NCBI RefSeq assembly: GCF_006345805.1 | Contig: NC_043011.1 | Location: 40,312,464 to 40,376,463, forward strand | Length of the DNA stretch: 64,000 bases | Direction: 5' to 3' | From: Octopus sinensis | Taxonomy: Eukaryota | Shown here: piece after piece, positions 1 to 14,082 of the stretch | Position numbering within the stretch: position 1 is the first letter of the stretch | Layout of the letters: each line of letters begins with the position of its first letter | The notes under the pieces: model-generated | The model's input: only the letters and a program-made list of their open reading frames with translations | Database searches by the model: none | Told to the model about the DNA's origin: nothing | Program-made: the position numbers and the translations under genes

Positions 1-1255
1 GATGTTGAGCAATGGGATTGATGTAATAAACTAACGCCTCCCCTCAAAAGCTGCTGGCTTTGTACCAGAATTTGAAGCCATTATTATTAGGCTATTTAGA
101 GACTCTGCATTTTCAGTTTCAACCTTCTGGGGTCAGTAAAGGACCAGGTGTATATTGGGGTTGATGGTATCTAACCCCACCACCACCACCACCCAAATTA
201 CTAGCTTCATGCTTAAATAAGAAATTATCATTATTGAACGTGATGAGCTGGCAGGAGTGGCAGGAAAAGAGCACTTTCCAACATGTCTTCTGACTCCTTA
301 CATTCCCAGTTCAAATTTCACCGAGGTCAGCATGACCTTTCATCCTATTGGTGTTGATAAAATACCATTATAGTAACAAAGTCAGTGCAATCAACTAATA
401 CCCTCCCACAAATTGCTGGCCTTGTGTCTAAATTGGAAACAATTATTTTCATACTGTGGATTGTCAGAATTGCTAGAGCATGGGGGCAGGGGGAATTCCT
501 TCTGGTCTTCATGTTCTGCATTGAAATCGGTTGCCATGGTCAACTTTGATTTTCTTTCATCCTTCCAGGGCCTTTTACCTATATTAAAAATGAGCTGGCA
601 AAGCCACCCCCATGCCAGACAAAATGCCTAACAACATTTCTTTCATTTTTACATTCTGAGTTCAAATTCTGTCATGGTTGACTTTGCTTTTCATCCTTTC
701 TGGGTTGATAAAATATGTACCAGTTGAGAACGGGGGTCGAGGTAATCAGCTAACCCACTTCTTTACAATTTCAGGCCTTGTGCATATAGTAGCTGTAATA
801 GAAAGGATTACTGTGGAAGGCGTTTGATTAGCATAATCTTCAGAGCATGAGATAAAATATCTTGCCATATTTCTTTCCACTCATTACATTCTGGGTTCAA
901 ACCTTGCCATGGTCAACTTTGCATTTTATACATCCGAAGTTGATAAAATATCAATCAAATATTGGAATTGATTTAATCAGTTAACCCCATATTCTTCCCA
1001 CCACTGAATTTCAAGCCTTGCTTCTATGTTTGAAGTCATTATCAAAGGATGTGGGCTCTTAGAGCATTGGATGATATTTACTCTTTGGCTACAACTCTTT
1101 AAGTTCTAAATTCACATGCCACCAAAGCCAACTTTATCTTTGTAATCGTTTCTGGGTCAACAAATTAAAGAGCCAGTTAAGTATCAGGGTTGATATAATT
1201 AACTGTGCCCTCCCTGCCACTAAAATTTTAACTTTGTACCTCTGTTAGAAACTTC
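1..1255 (+). mobile_element. Head-to-tail cluster of ~6 degenerate family A SINE copies
   Basis: Repeated ttctgagttcaaatt...ttgactttgc.tttcatcc...gggttgataaaat..gtaccagt...ggccttgtgc motif at about 1, 107, 243, 645, 880 and 1100, separated by (att)n tails. Confidence 0.8.
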
Positions 1256-1443
1256 ATCTTGGTGGTGATGGTGTTCACAATAACTAACTTACTGGCTTTA
1301 TTGATTTTATTAATCTAGTTCTTCTATGCTTGTAAAATTTGAATCAGAAGTATGTTTCCCTATGGTATACAAACTAATCCACAATTGCAAACTTTAAGAA
1401 ATGGTTTTCACCAAAAGACGACTGTTCATTTCCTTGGCTTATA

Positions 1444-2493
1444 ACCTCCACCTTAGCAAAGGCAGAGGTATTGTTTTCAGTCGTGTTTGTTTGTTTGTTT
1501 GTCTGTCTGTGGACAAGATATCTCAAGAACCTCTGGATGGATTTGGATGAAACTTTCAGGGAGGTTTGGCCTCATGACTGGCATGAACTGATTAAATTTT
1601 AGGATCAATTTGGGGACTGGACAAGGATTCTGGATTAATTGTTATATTTACTTTACATGAAGCATTATGATCTTACATTGACTTTCAAGTCTTTCTCTGG
1701 TTATCTCCTTTGAAAGCACACATGGTTTCCATGTAAGTTATGGTGGCATTGTTGTTTCCAAAGTATTATTTTCATTTCCCTAATATTAATTTTACTCGCA
1801 TCTCTATCTTAGTAGAAACTGATGGATAAAGAAATCAAACTACATAAACAAACAGCAGTAAAACTGTTCAGAAGTTACATAATGCTAGCATATTCAGTGA
1901 CAATAAATTTAATTTATTCTTGACAATTGTTAGTTTTATCAATTTTAAATATATCACTCCTGTTTAAAACCTCGTACCTACTTGACAATTGCATTTCTAG
2001 CTCTGCCTTGAAGGAAGCTTTACTTCTTGGACTCATATTTTTGTGTGCAACAAGTTGTTAAACTTCCATTAACAGCACCATATGCAGGTCGTTTCTATTT
2101 TCTTTCATGCACGTCTAAATTTTTCACTATAGACCTTAATGGTCGTAAAGACACTGTATGAGTGGATAGATGAAAAAAGGCCTTCATAGAGAAAATTGTC
2201 CTTGTTCCTACTGCAGACAACACACACACAGCATTACAAACACAACCTGCACACCCACCTTCACATTCCACGACTACCATTGGGATCGATCAGGTACCAA
2301 ACAAGGATTCTGGATTATTTTTCCTGTTTTTTTACTTAATTTTTGAGAGTGGTTGGGTTCATTTTTAGTATTCTTGTTTGTGTGAGCAATCAGGTTTATT
2401 TCAGATATTCTCATTTCAAAAAACTCTGGCTAATCATTGAGAGAATGTTGGTGTTACCTTGGCAGAGGTTTGCCATCTCTGAGTGCTCTTGTT
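1444..2493 (+). mobile_element. Helentron/HINE-like non-autonomous element in two halves (1444-1640 and 2281-2493)
   Basis: 5' acctccacctt...aaggcagaggt, internal (GTTT)n(GTCT)n microsatellite, 3' ccttggcagaggtttgccatctctgagtgctctt. A 3' partial copy lies at 33365-33490. Family assignment is by architecture. Confidence 0.55.
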
Positions 2494-5066
2494 ACTATTA
2501 TTATGGTGGTGAGCTGGCAGAGTTGTTAGAGCTTTGGAAAAATATCCTGCTACATTTCCTCCTCCTCTTTATATTCTGAGTTCAAATTTCATCAAGGTTG
2601 ACTTCACTTTTCATCTTTTCAGGGTCAATAAAACAAAAGGTGGTAAGCTGTTAGAATCATTAGCACCCTGGATGAAATGCGCTTAGTGGTATTTCATCTA
2701 TCTTTACATTCTTAGTTCAAATTCCGCTGAAGCTTGCTTTGCCTTTCATCCCTTTCGGAGTCGATAAAATAAGGACCAGTTGAGCACTTGGGTCAATATA
2801 ATCAGCTTAACTATTCCTGAGTATGGGTATAAAAGCTGCACCCTCTGCCAAGCCATGCTGAGCTAGTGTGGTAGAGTATTCTTATCAAACCAGTATAATC
2901 TCAAGCTCAGATTCATGGCCTTCACATTTGACCATATTTGGTGGAGAGAATATGCTAGGGCCTTTATCTTGCAGTGGACTGAGCATGGGCAATCCAGTCC
3001 AAGCCAAAAAAAAAAAGAAAACAAAAAACAAACTGCTATACATAATTGTTCTGGTTGAGATAATGTGCATATTATTTTTTTTTATCCCCACCTCCTCCCT
3101 TAACTATTGTGTGAAATGCCGTCAGGTAGACAAGCACTTTCATATGCACAAATACACACGACAAACGTTTCCATTCCCCCTATAAAATTCACTCACAATA
3201 TTTGGGTTTGCCCAAGTCTGTAGCAGAAGACACTTGCCCAAGGTGCCATGCAGTGAAACTGAACCTGGAACCATGTGAATAGGAAAGAAACTACTTAATC
3301 ATATAGCCATGCAACTTCAGATAACAAACTTTGAGATAAATGTGTATCTAACTTGGGTATAAGTACAGGAAAGGAAGCAGTCGATTAAAGTAGTTCCTTT
3401 CGGTGACTTGTACTGTGTTGCCCTTGGAATGGTGAAAGGCAAAGATGACCTCAGCAAAAAGAGACAATAACTACTGTTGTATGACATTCTCTCTGTTAGT
3501 TCTATAGTCAATGTACTAAGTGTTGGCATGTTCTATTTAATAGTTTGTAATTAATACTGTTCACTTATAAGTAATTAGGTCAATTGAGTTTAAAGAAGCG
3601 AGAAGCGAGAAAGAATGGAGGGGAAGGTAAAGGCTGTTGTGATAATTTGCCTCTTGTAGGTTATTATTGAAGATAGATGTGGGAAGGAAGATGATTAAAC
3701 TCAGGGACTTGACTCTGGAGTCGGCAACTCAGTTCACCAAAATATTTCTTTGTCCTTTTGGTACCTTCCTCAACTGCCAGATAAATATTTTTACCTTTGT
3801 CTAATACAGTGGCATAATAGCAATGATTAGTTTCATACACACGCACACACAGTGTTTGTGAATGTATATATTGAGGAACTTAAATGCATACTACTTGAGG
3901 GAAGTTAGATAATATGATCATGATGATGATATTCCAGATTGAAATCATCTCATTAAATACTATTTAATGTTTCTTTAATGGATGGATTCAAAATTGTTCT
4001 CCACCTCCTCTCCCACTTTTTCTCCTCACTCTCTCCCTCTCTTTCACTTTGTCTGTTGTTCTTTCTACTCTCCCCCTCTCTCTTTCTCTGCTCTCGCTAT
4101 TTCCCTCTTCTCTCGACCAACTCATTCACTTCTACCTTTCCTCTCTGTTCTTCTCTCCAGTAATTCATAATTCAAAGAGACATTTTTACATTTTTTTTCT
4201 TCATTTTTATTTTTTAAATAATTATATAAAATTAATTTATGTAATTTAAGTACATTTAATAATTTTCTATTTTGATAGGACATATTGTTTTCATTTCTCC
4301 CTCCTTCTCTGCCATTTATCTTAACTTTGTTCATAAAATGACTGAACCGATATTGTCTCATTTATCTTCCATTTAGATCATACTTTGCACAGTTCAAAAT
4401 AATCCAACTTTCTGCTTTGAAACGTCTCTCATGTTCTAAATCTAAGCCATGATAATTCTCGTGTCTTTTGATTTAATCAAATATTTGTTTCACTTGTGTG
4501 AATTGGGTAGTAACCAGATCAATGAGAAAATGTTTGTGAGCTTGTGGTAACTAGTTAGGGTAAGCTACATCAGGAATGTTGGTATGTCTTGGGGGTGAAA
4601 TAAACCATGGCCGAGATGCCCTCATAGTTTAAATATTCAGCCTCATAGAAATGGAAAGGTCTAAAGAAGACGAAAATGTTTTGTTTATACCAACCACATC
4701 AATGTCAACCTTGACCTAAGCAAACTAATGATTAAATGTGTTGTGACTGACCATCTACCCCAACTTTTTTTTTATGACACTATCTCAGATTCAGCAGAAT
4801 ATAGTCTGTCACCTGCAGTTGTTCAGCTTGGGCAATGTTTGCATCAACCTCACCTGCCAGTGGAAATCTGCAAAGGTCATGAGCACTGCCATTTCTCTCC
4901 TTACTAATATATGTCTTGTAAGTGGATCTGGTAGACAGCAACTGTAAGGAATCCTCTGCATGTAGCTCTGCACTGGGCTAGACTGTGCCATTTGTTGATG
5001 ACTCACTGTCAACAAATAAGCCTCTGTATGTCTAAACCATGCCCATTATAGAAAAATAAACTCAAC

Positions 5067-5290
5067 TGCTGGGTACATCCACCCACAGTTCTGCCCAGCC
5101 TGTTGTGCATACTCACCCATCCATAGCTCTGTCTAGCTTGTGTACTCAATCTACCCAGAATTTAGTGCAACCTGTTGGGTACATCTGCTTGCTTAGTGTT
5201 CTGTCCTGTTTCCTACATCTATCTACAGCTTTTCCCACAGTTGTACCAATCTGGTTAGTATATCCATCCTTAGATCTGTCCAGTCTGAAT
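5067..5290 (+). repeat. Degenerate ~34-38-bp minisatellite
   Basis: Repeats of ctg(c/t)tgggtacatcc..ccacag.tctg.ccagc at ~5067, 5101, 5139 and 5171, decaying afterwards. Confidence 0.4.
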
Positions 5291-6639
5291 GGTGCACCAG
5301 GTCTGGCCAACTCAAATTACATTGCAGACCACTTTAATCACAAAGGTTTTTGAGGGCCACTTGTATACTGACAGAATTGAAGGCATTTTGCTTTCCCATG
5401 ATATTATTTCAATAATGAATGAATGATCATTAATTCAACATGAAATATTATCGTTGCAAAAACAGTAGTATCTTTCTTTTTTGCTTTTCATTACAATCTT
5501 TAATTTTTGATAGAATTTTTTTAAATGTTTGTTTAAATAAACCCATTTCAAGAAAGTATCAAGTGGGCCGCAAGATAAAAGTTTGCAGCCCACAGACTTC
5601 AGGTTGGCCAGCCCTGTGGTACACCAACCTAGAGTTCTGTCCATCTGAACTTCAAATTCCCTACTTCTAATCCAGCTGGTACCCTTTAATTCATCCTCTC
5701 CCTGTTGTTTACTGCCCAACAACAGAGAACAGCCTTAAGTTAGCTCACTTATAGATCTCAAGTGACTTCATTTGTACTAATTAGTATACTCAGAAAAGGT
5801 TGAGGCATGTTTCTCACATGAGTGAGATGGTTGGCGATGTAGGAAGTTGTATAGATTAACAGGATTCATTTTTATTATTACTCCAGTTGTTATTAATGAA
5901 TACTTTTCCCCTGTCTTCAACTGTTTCTCTTACCCACCTTCCTTAATCTCTTCTCTCTTTTCTCTCATTTTTTCTCCATTCTCTCTCTTTTCCCTTAGTA
6001 CAATCTTTCTACTTGTTTTTGGTTTTTATTTCAAATCGTCTGTGTATGTGTATTCACTTTTTTTAGGTAGGTTTGTAATAATATTTGATTAATCACGCTT
6101 AAAATACTATATTTCTATTGTAGAACATTTTCATTTAATTTAAACTTAATTTTATTTTTAGCAGATAACGATTTAAATTTTTAACCAGAGAATTAAAAAC
6201 ATTTTTCATTTTAGGTTATTTTTTAACTTAAAGAATCCTTACATTTTGTTTGTTTTCAGTATTTTTAAAACAATACTAATTTCTACCTCTTATTTCGTTT
6301 GAAATGCTTCACCTGAATAATTTGTAACAATTTATTGAAATTAATATTTTATTAAAGATATTTCAGTCATTACAGTTTCATTTTATTATTTTCAGAAAGA
6401 GAAAAAAAATAAGGGAAATTTAAAAAAAAATAATTATAATATTTACTTTTTTTAAAGCATTTATTCACATTTTTTTTGTTTAATGTTTAAAACCTGTAAA
6501 TTGTTGTACAATAATACCTGTAATTTTTGAAGGAATTCTGTTTAAATAAAAATTTAAAAAAAAACTTTTCTACAAACGAACAAAAATAAACCGTGTATGT
6601 TTTATACTTATTTCTGAGTTTTTATTTTCTTTTGTTTAG

Positions 6640-6793
6640 TGTCATTACAAGATATACATCTTCGCAAACCTTACCGAAGCAATATTGCCCCTGATCAACA
6701 AGTTGTTTCAAGTTCAACCATGCCAAATGCTATGCGGATCACTTACCACCAATGTGACAGGGCTCCAGCTTTGGAAAAACTAGACAGATTTCG
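6640..6793 (+). CDS. WASF: WAVE/SCAR-family gene, internal coding exon (C-terminal part of WHD/SHD domain and start of meander region)
   Basis: Acceptor ttttcttttgtttAG (6638-39) and donor GTatgt (6794). Translates (V)SLQDIHLRKPYRSNIAPDQQVVSSSTMPNAMRITYHQCDRAPALEKLDRF(R), matching the WAVE motif VSLQDI..K.F.S....DQQVVS...P......Y..CD.PP.L. Starts in phase 1 and ends in phase 2. Confidence 0.95.
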
Positions 6794-9700
6794 GTATGTA
6801 CAATTCCACATTGTTTTCGTTTCTCTTTTCTTTTTTTTTTAAATTTTTTGTATGCTTTATTTGGGCAGATGTGGTTGCACATTTTACTTCCCAATCATGT
6901 GGGGTTTTGGTTCGCTTTCACTGCATAGCACCTTGAGCAAGTGCCTTTATTATAGCTCCAGGTTAACCAAAATTTTTGTATATGGACTCGGTAGATAGAA
7001 ACTGAGAGAATCTCCTCATGTGTGATTGTCTCCTTACCTTGATATCTCACAGTAGATATAAGCAAACATCTGTGTCATATAGTCAATGTCATTCATTTCC
7101 AGTCTTCCATGAGAATATGTGCAGTCAAGGGGAAATATTACAATGCCTGGAAACGTGTAAGGGTTGCTGACAGGAAGAGCATCCAGCTGTTGAAAATCTA
7201 CCTCAGCAAATTATATCCAACCTATGCTGGCATGGTAAAGTGAATATTATAATGGTGATTGATTGCAACAAATGCAATATTCTCAGAGTTGGTCGTTCAT
7301 AGTAGCTGAAGTTATGATTAGCTCATCAAGCAGTCGTAAAGCACTGGTGAGGGCATGCCTTCATTAATAATTTTAAAAGTGTAAGAGTATTGTTTTTTTT
7401 TTTTGTTTTTTTTTTTTTAATTTTAAATCCATGTATAACAGATTTATTAGATGGCAAGGCAGATTAGATTATGTTGGCTATTTTGCTTGAAGGATTTGAA
7501 TGCATTTAATCTACATTTCTTGCTTTGACATTGAACTAGGATTAAACTAATTCAAGAATATGCCTCTTTACCATTTAGCTTGTATCTCTAAAACACCATT
7601 ATTAATCGTTTTTCAAAATTAAAAATAACATACTTAAAATGTGAAATTTTCCCCCCCTCACCCACTCTCTCTCTTTCTCTTCCTCTCTCTCTCTGTTTGT
7701 GCATCATAATGCTTCAAAAATAGAAATAATCTACTCCTTCATTTTATCTGGAGAAATATAGCAGCCTATAGAAACTTGGCAATTAATTCTGATGGCTCTT
7801 TTTTTTTTCTTTTTTTTTTTAATATAATTTTATTATTTTTTTATTTTTTATTATAGTTCAATCAGGCAGTTAATTAGAATTGACACTTTGGGAGGATGGC
7901 TGATCTTTGCTGTAGAACTTTCTGCATTATAACAATCTAAGGGATTGGCTTTAATGTTGGTAAACTTTAAGGGAAAAAAAAAATTTTTTTTTTAAAAACC
8001 CAGAAAAATGTTGCGTTTAGGTTTGCTGAGAAAGTTTTTGAGTAAATGAAGCTGCTATAGTAGGATGCCATATTGAAAGAGATGGGATAAGAATGAAGGC
8101 TACCATTCTCCTGTGTAGGTAAGGAGTGGTTAGTGTCTTTTTCGATCATTTAACTTTGGTGATGGGGTCAAAAATAATGCTTCAGATTTTAGTTGAAATT
8201 TATGCAGCTTGGAAGTCTGTATGAATAGACATTGCCTAATTGTTAGTGTGATTTCTTCTCCTTTAACCTGTTAACATTCGGACAGTTCTGACAAATAGAA
8301 TATACTTATTTATTCACATTGTTTTGAATGAATCATGCATTATCTCATAGCTTTGAGATTTCTGCTTTTGTTGCTCATGTCTTGGCTATCGTGTAACTAG
8401 CATCATCGTCACTTTTTAAACTAACATACAGTCTACATTTTGCTTTGCTGACTCCACTTCATTTAGGTTCTGTTTTCTCATGCTAGTATGTGTTTGCATG
8501 AGAAGTTGAGACCGATCATGTGACTGGATGCTCTTCCAGTCTCCAACTCTTACCCGTTTTCATGTAAAGGGATTTTTGTATTCCAGAAGTCTTCAGAAGC
8601 ATAGGGTGACTGGTCATAATGTCAGCAAGGACAAATACTGAAAATCAGCAGCTGGGAGGAAGGAGATGGGCTTTGTGCAGTTTCTGTGTACCAAATTCAT
8701 TTACGAGATATTAGTTGACCTAGGGCTATAGTAGAAGACATCCAAGTTGCCATACAATGGGGCTGAATCCAAAACCATGTAGTAGTTGCACAACAATTTT
8801 CTTGAACACCCAACCACATCTGCAACCTAAAAGATTTTAAAAGGGGTTGGTTTTTTTTTTTCTGCTAAAAGACTACAAGCAAGTTAAGAAATATAATGCA
8901 TTTTGAAATTTTGTAGATTTATAAATTTAAAGGAGATAGGTTGATGAAATCATTTCTGTGTCAAGTTCATAGGAATTCTGTCTTATAACATTGAATTTTC
9001 TCTTACCAAAAGAAAAAAAAAGAAAAAGCCCAGGTTGGGGAGAAGCTATAATCTTAGGAAACTGACATCTAAAAATAAAATAAAGTTCTCAAGATTTGTA
9101 AAATAGAATGTAGGCACTGACATGGCTGTATGTTTATAAGCTCACTTTGCAGCCATATAGTTCCTGGTAGTACAATAGCAACATCAATAATCTGGTTGAT
9201 ACAGTGATATATGTGTGTGTGTGTGTGTGTGTGTTTGTTCACCACCACCACCTCTTGACAACTGGTGTTGGTGTGCTTGCATCTCCATGACTTAGCAGTT
9301 TGGTAAGAGAGACCGATGGAATAAGTATCAGGCTTAAAAAAAATAAGCACTGGGGTTGATTCATTCAACTTTAAAAAATTCAAGGTGCCCCAGCTTGGCC
9401 ACAGTCTGAAACAAATAAAGGAATAAAGGAGTATATATAATCTGTGTCTCTTTGTCTCTCACTCCCCATACCCATCAACTGGTGTTGGTTTGTTTGTGTA
9501 CCCTGTAACTTAGTAGTTCTACAGAAAGAGTCCAATAAAATAAGAAAAACATAAAAAAAAAAAATTAGGTACTAGGATCCATTCATTTCACTAAAACCCT
9601 TCAAAGCACTGCCCCAGCATGACCACAATCAAGTGACTGAAACAAGTGAAAGGTAAAATGCTTGTGTGAACTGGGGAGAAGTGACTTCTAAATTCTGGGT

Positions 9701-11643
9701 TGGTTCTTCCTGTTATGTTTAGTCTATTATTTCATGACATGAGTCATCATTTAGCTGTGAAATGATCACATATGAAAAATATGTATTTGTCAGCTCTTAT
9801 ATCTCTGCACCTACGTCAAAGAAATGTGTTGAAATGTAAATAAGACAAAATATGAAGTCTGTTTATGGTTTTGCTTTTCGTTCTATTACCTTGCTTACTA
9901 AAACAATGTCTGAGATAGGGAGTTAAACAGTCAAATATATTATTTGTATGAATTCGGTCCTTATTCTGTGTTAGATGTGATAGCATAAATGCATGTACTC
10001 ATATGCATATGAACAAACACACACAAGCTTACAGAAGTACATAAAAAACTGTATGTTCTTACCACTATAACACACACGCCTACATGGCTGTGTGGTTATG
10101 TAGCTTGCTTCCCAAACCATATGCTCTTGAGTTCAATCCCATAACACAGTCCCTTGTGCGAGTGTCTTCTGCCTTATCCCTAAGGCAATCAGACCTTTGT
10201 GTATGGATGTGGTAGACAGAATCTATAAGAAGCCCATTATGTAATGTGTGTGTGTGTGTCTTGATATTACACAATGGTTGTGAATGAGGACCATGGTCAT
10301 ACAATCCAGGTTGTTTGTCTTTAGTCTTCTATGAAAATATGTCTAGCTACAGGAAAATATTACCTTGTTGCGAAGCAAGTTAGGATTGACAAAAAGGCAT
10401 CCAGCCATAGAAAATCTGCCTCAACAAATTCCATCTGACCGTATGCTTGTATAGCAAAGTGGATGTTAAATAACACAGGCTTGCTTGATTTAGTTGCTGT
10501 CAAAAATTTATAACCATAAATCCTTTGTTTTGAGTATCTTAGCAAATGGTCTAAATTTGCTTGGTTAGGCAACCCTGACTGATGAGAGAAAATATTTTTA
10601 AAAAACCCATTGTCACCCTCCCACCACCACATGCTTCCACATTTTTACAAGGTGAAGATACAGTAGCCTGAGGTAGTCTTCTACCTGGCTGGCTCCCTAC
10701 CTACACATGTGTGTGTATGTAGGTAAGTAGGTAAATATTTTCAATATTTTGCAAAGAAAAACATGTCTAGCCATGGATAAATATTATTTTACTTGGGAAC
10801 AGATGAAGGTTAGTGACTGGAAGGGCATCTGACTGTAGAAAAGTAGTTAACCTGAGGTATGGACATGAGTTCACTCTTACCTATAGTCATTGCATTGTGG
10901 TTTTGAGCAGGGTAGATAACTCTGCTAACTCCAGCTTGCCTGACTGACAATAAGGTTCCACTTCTTGGTAGAGATCTCTTTAACAGTAGCAGTTTTTTTT
11001 ATAAAGTAATGAATGTAAACCAATAGAAAATATTGTTTCTTCTTTCTCTTCTACTTAAGCAGGTCATAATATTAAGCATTTCAAGTTTAAGAATGTTAAA
11101 CTTGAGATGTGGTATATAGGAACACAACATATACACTAGTGGTGGTGGTAGTTGTTCAACTGCAGGTCAGTCCTGATTGAATAGTCCTTTGATCTTTGGT
11201 GTTCCGGCTATGACCACTCCATCTTTATCTTTTGCGCAAAGAAACTTGGAGTACATCATCCAACTTGCCCTTTTTAAGATTGTTGCAGTTGATTTGAAGA
11301 AGGAATTCAGCTGCTATTTCTTGCAGGCTGAATGACCACATAGTGATCTGTGGTGTTAAAAACTGCTGTAAGCATAAGCACAGACATAAATGTAACAGGC
11401 TTATTCTATGCAGCTTTTGACTATGAGGCACTGGACAATCCAAGGCTACAGTAGAAGATAGGTGAACTTAGAACTATGTAATTATAAAGCAAGCATCTTG
11501 ACCACCTGACCATGTTTGATAGAGTTGGTAACCAGTCAACTTATTGAGAGTAAGACAAAAAGCTATAAGATAAAGGTAATTGTTAAACGTTAGTTTTCTT
11601 GCCAAAGCTACAAGATAATACAGGATAAACTTTAAACAAATAA

Positions 11644-12030
11644 GTGCAGGAGTTGCTGTGTGATAAGTTGCTTGCTTACCAACCATATGGTTCCCAGTTC
11701 AGTCCCACTGCGTGGCACCTTGGGAAAGTGTCTTCCACTATAGCCTCAGGCCAACCAAACCCCTGTGAGTGGATTTGGTAGACAAAAACTGAAAGAAGCA
11801 CATCGTGTGTATATATATATGTGTGTGTGTGTATGAATGTCTGTGTTTGTCCGTCCTCCATCGCTTGACAACCTGTTCTGTTTACATCCCCATAACTTAG
11901 CAGTTTCGCAAAAAAGACCAATAGGATAAGTATGAGGCTTACAAAAAATAAGTCTTGGGGTCGATTTATTCAATTAAAGGCAGTGCTCCAGTTTGGCTGC
12001 AGTCAAGTGACTGAAATAAGTAAAAGAGTA
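11644..12030 (+). mobile_element. tRNA-head CORE-type SINE, family B, full-length
   Basis: Head gctgtgtgataagttgcttgcttaccaaccatatggttcccagttcagtccc, CORE-like ggcaccttgggaaagtgtctt, internal (TG)n, tail gtgctccagtttggctgcagtcaagtgactgaaataagtaaaag. Other copies at ~3190(-), 6865, 9180, 9470, 10085, 33880, 34075, 42480(-), 43600(-) and 63150. Confidence 0.8.
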
Positions 12031-12597
12031 AATAAGCATTACATTTGACAAAATGTTTTATATGCTAAAGGGTTAACTGCTCTGAGCACCCCTAAGCACC
12101 ACCATAAGATCTTTGTCCTTTCCACTCTATGCATACACAAAACAACAGTACCAATAACCTCTTTGACCCTCTGATGCTCTAGACATGTAGCATTTTTTTT
12201 TTTCTAGCTTGGCGATTTTGGTATATCTGGAACAATGGATTTGCTTGTAGTACAGAATTGGTCAGATGACAACCTGCATGCCATAGGTCTGCTCCATTTA
12301 AGCTGACCTGGAATTACACAACAAAAACTAGTTGGCCCACTTTCTTTTGTTGATATCCCCAAGAAAGCCAATGACACTAGTGTTTTCGTTGAGTCTACTC
12401 TCTGATTACTACTATTGTTTATGCAGTAAGATTAGTAGAGCACCAAACTAACTATTTTTGCACTACTGGGTTACATTGTATTGCATTCAATGTAAAAATC
12501 ATTTAAATACTGGAGCTAATTAAATCAACTAGATCTCTTCTCTCAACTGTGACCGTGTGTTTCTGTCAGAAGCAGCACCTTCACCATTACTACCACC

Positions 12598-12953
12598 ATC
12601 ATTGTTTGTCTCTTTTTCCTTACTGGATCACTGCCTTGAAGGTTTTACTCAAGCAAATTGGCCCCAGTCTGATGTTGGTCTCTTTTGCCAATATTGCTGA
12701 GTTTCAAGGTTGTAAACAAAGACTTTGTCAAGCAGTAGAAGGAACGTATACAAAGATATATACACACACACGCACACACACACTCTCATGTACAAAATAC
12801 AGGATGGGGTTCCTTACAGTTTCCACATACCAAATTCACAAGTCATTGGTTGATTTGAGGCTGTAGTAGACTCTTACCCAAGGTGCCACACAGTGGAACT
12901 GAACCTGGAACCATCTGGTTACAATGTGAGCTTCTTAACCACACAGCTATGCC

Positions 12954-12959
<6 letters not shown>
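12598..12959 (-). mobile_element. SINE family B, antisense copy
   Basis: Reverse complement of the family B consensus (cccaaggtgccacacagtggaactgaacctggaaccat). Ends in (TA)n at 12959-95. Confidence 0.78.
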
Positions 12960-12999
<40 letters not shown>

Positions 13000-14082
13000 A
13001 ACCCCTTAGGTGCTGTATATATATTTATCCTATTATTCATTTCATCATAGAATTAAAAAATTTTAGATTTTGGTTAATGCAAGTTTAATCAGCTGACTGT
13101 TATATTTATTGACAATATTCTAAATATATTTGCAATTCAAAATGGTCAGCCTTTGCTTTCACCTTAGTCTTTAATCTTTTCTCAACTGAAGTGCATGACA
13201 TACGTTTAAATGATGGATAAATGTATATGCCCACACTCAGTAGAAGACAGCTGCCAATGGTTCTACCTATGAAGTAGCCCACTTGAACAGTGCTATGTTA
13301 GTAAAGTGATTTCTCTCTTCCTCCCTTCCCCTCTCAGTATTTCACCCTTCTATCTGTCTGATTGTTCTATGTATCATAAGAAACATTAAGCAGTGTTGAC
13401 AAACATTGCCTCTGTTATTTAGAGTCTGCTCGTTTCCTTCTAGAAGGAGTGTTTTCCACTAATCAGAAGGTCCTGAAGAGTTTGGTATGTCAATGCTGAT
13501 GATCTCCTGAGGCTGCAGTATTTACTGGGGAGAGATTCATGATCAGTGGACAGAAGTAGTCACCATTTCTCAGGCATGTCTACCCACAGCTCATACGTTT
13601 GACTGTAGTCCTGTGTCAACAGATGACAAGATTGGTCATCTAGTATTTGAAATGATATCAGGCTCTCTCATATGGTCAGTGGCACAACAGCTCTTACATT
13701 CTGCAGAGGTTTAGTGATAAGCAAAAACAATGCTCTCAAGTGGCCCTAGATATCAAGATGAACAGAACAGTCAAATCTTCCAACCAAGACTTTCAGCCCA
13801 GAGCCTGTGAACATTTTCAAGAAATCCTTGTCTTGGTAGTGTTAATATGGAGTGGTATTGCTGTCCTTATGTCTGTTTTCCATGCTGTCATTGGTTGGAC
13901 TGTTTGACAAGAACCTATGAAGCAGAGGGCAATGTCAAACTTCAGTGTCTATGTTGCTCTTCCTAATGCCAAGTGATGTCATCAAATTACTTACGACACC
14001 AGACCCCCCTCCCACACACACATACACACCTAACTGAGACAGGTATAGTATTGAAGAATATGATAGTATTACAGAGACAGTA

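Noticed and set aside
107-1255. Regularly recurring ~35-bp motif superficially like a CRISPR repeat
   Set aside because: These are degenerate SINE cores with homologous, not unique, spacers in a eukaryotic context, and there are no cas genes.
1-6639. Search for the missing N-terminal WAVE exons (MPL.KR...ELECV...QLSSLS.HAE), including ORF 4809-5015
   Set aside because: No frame resembles the WHD N-terminus. These exons are presumably upstream of the window.
11644-11720. tRNA-like A/B-box sequences in SINE heads
   Set aside because: No complete cloverleaf, and they are embedded in repeated SINE bodies, so they are not tRNA genes.
13440-13930. Balanced-composition stretches suggestive of old LINE remnants (also 24210-24480, 28150-28700 and 47900-48230)
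   Set aside because: No diagnostic protein motif could be read with confidence, so they are left unassigned pending a translated repeat search.
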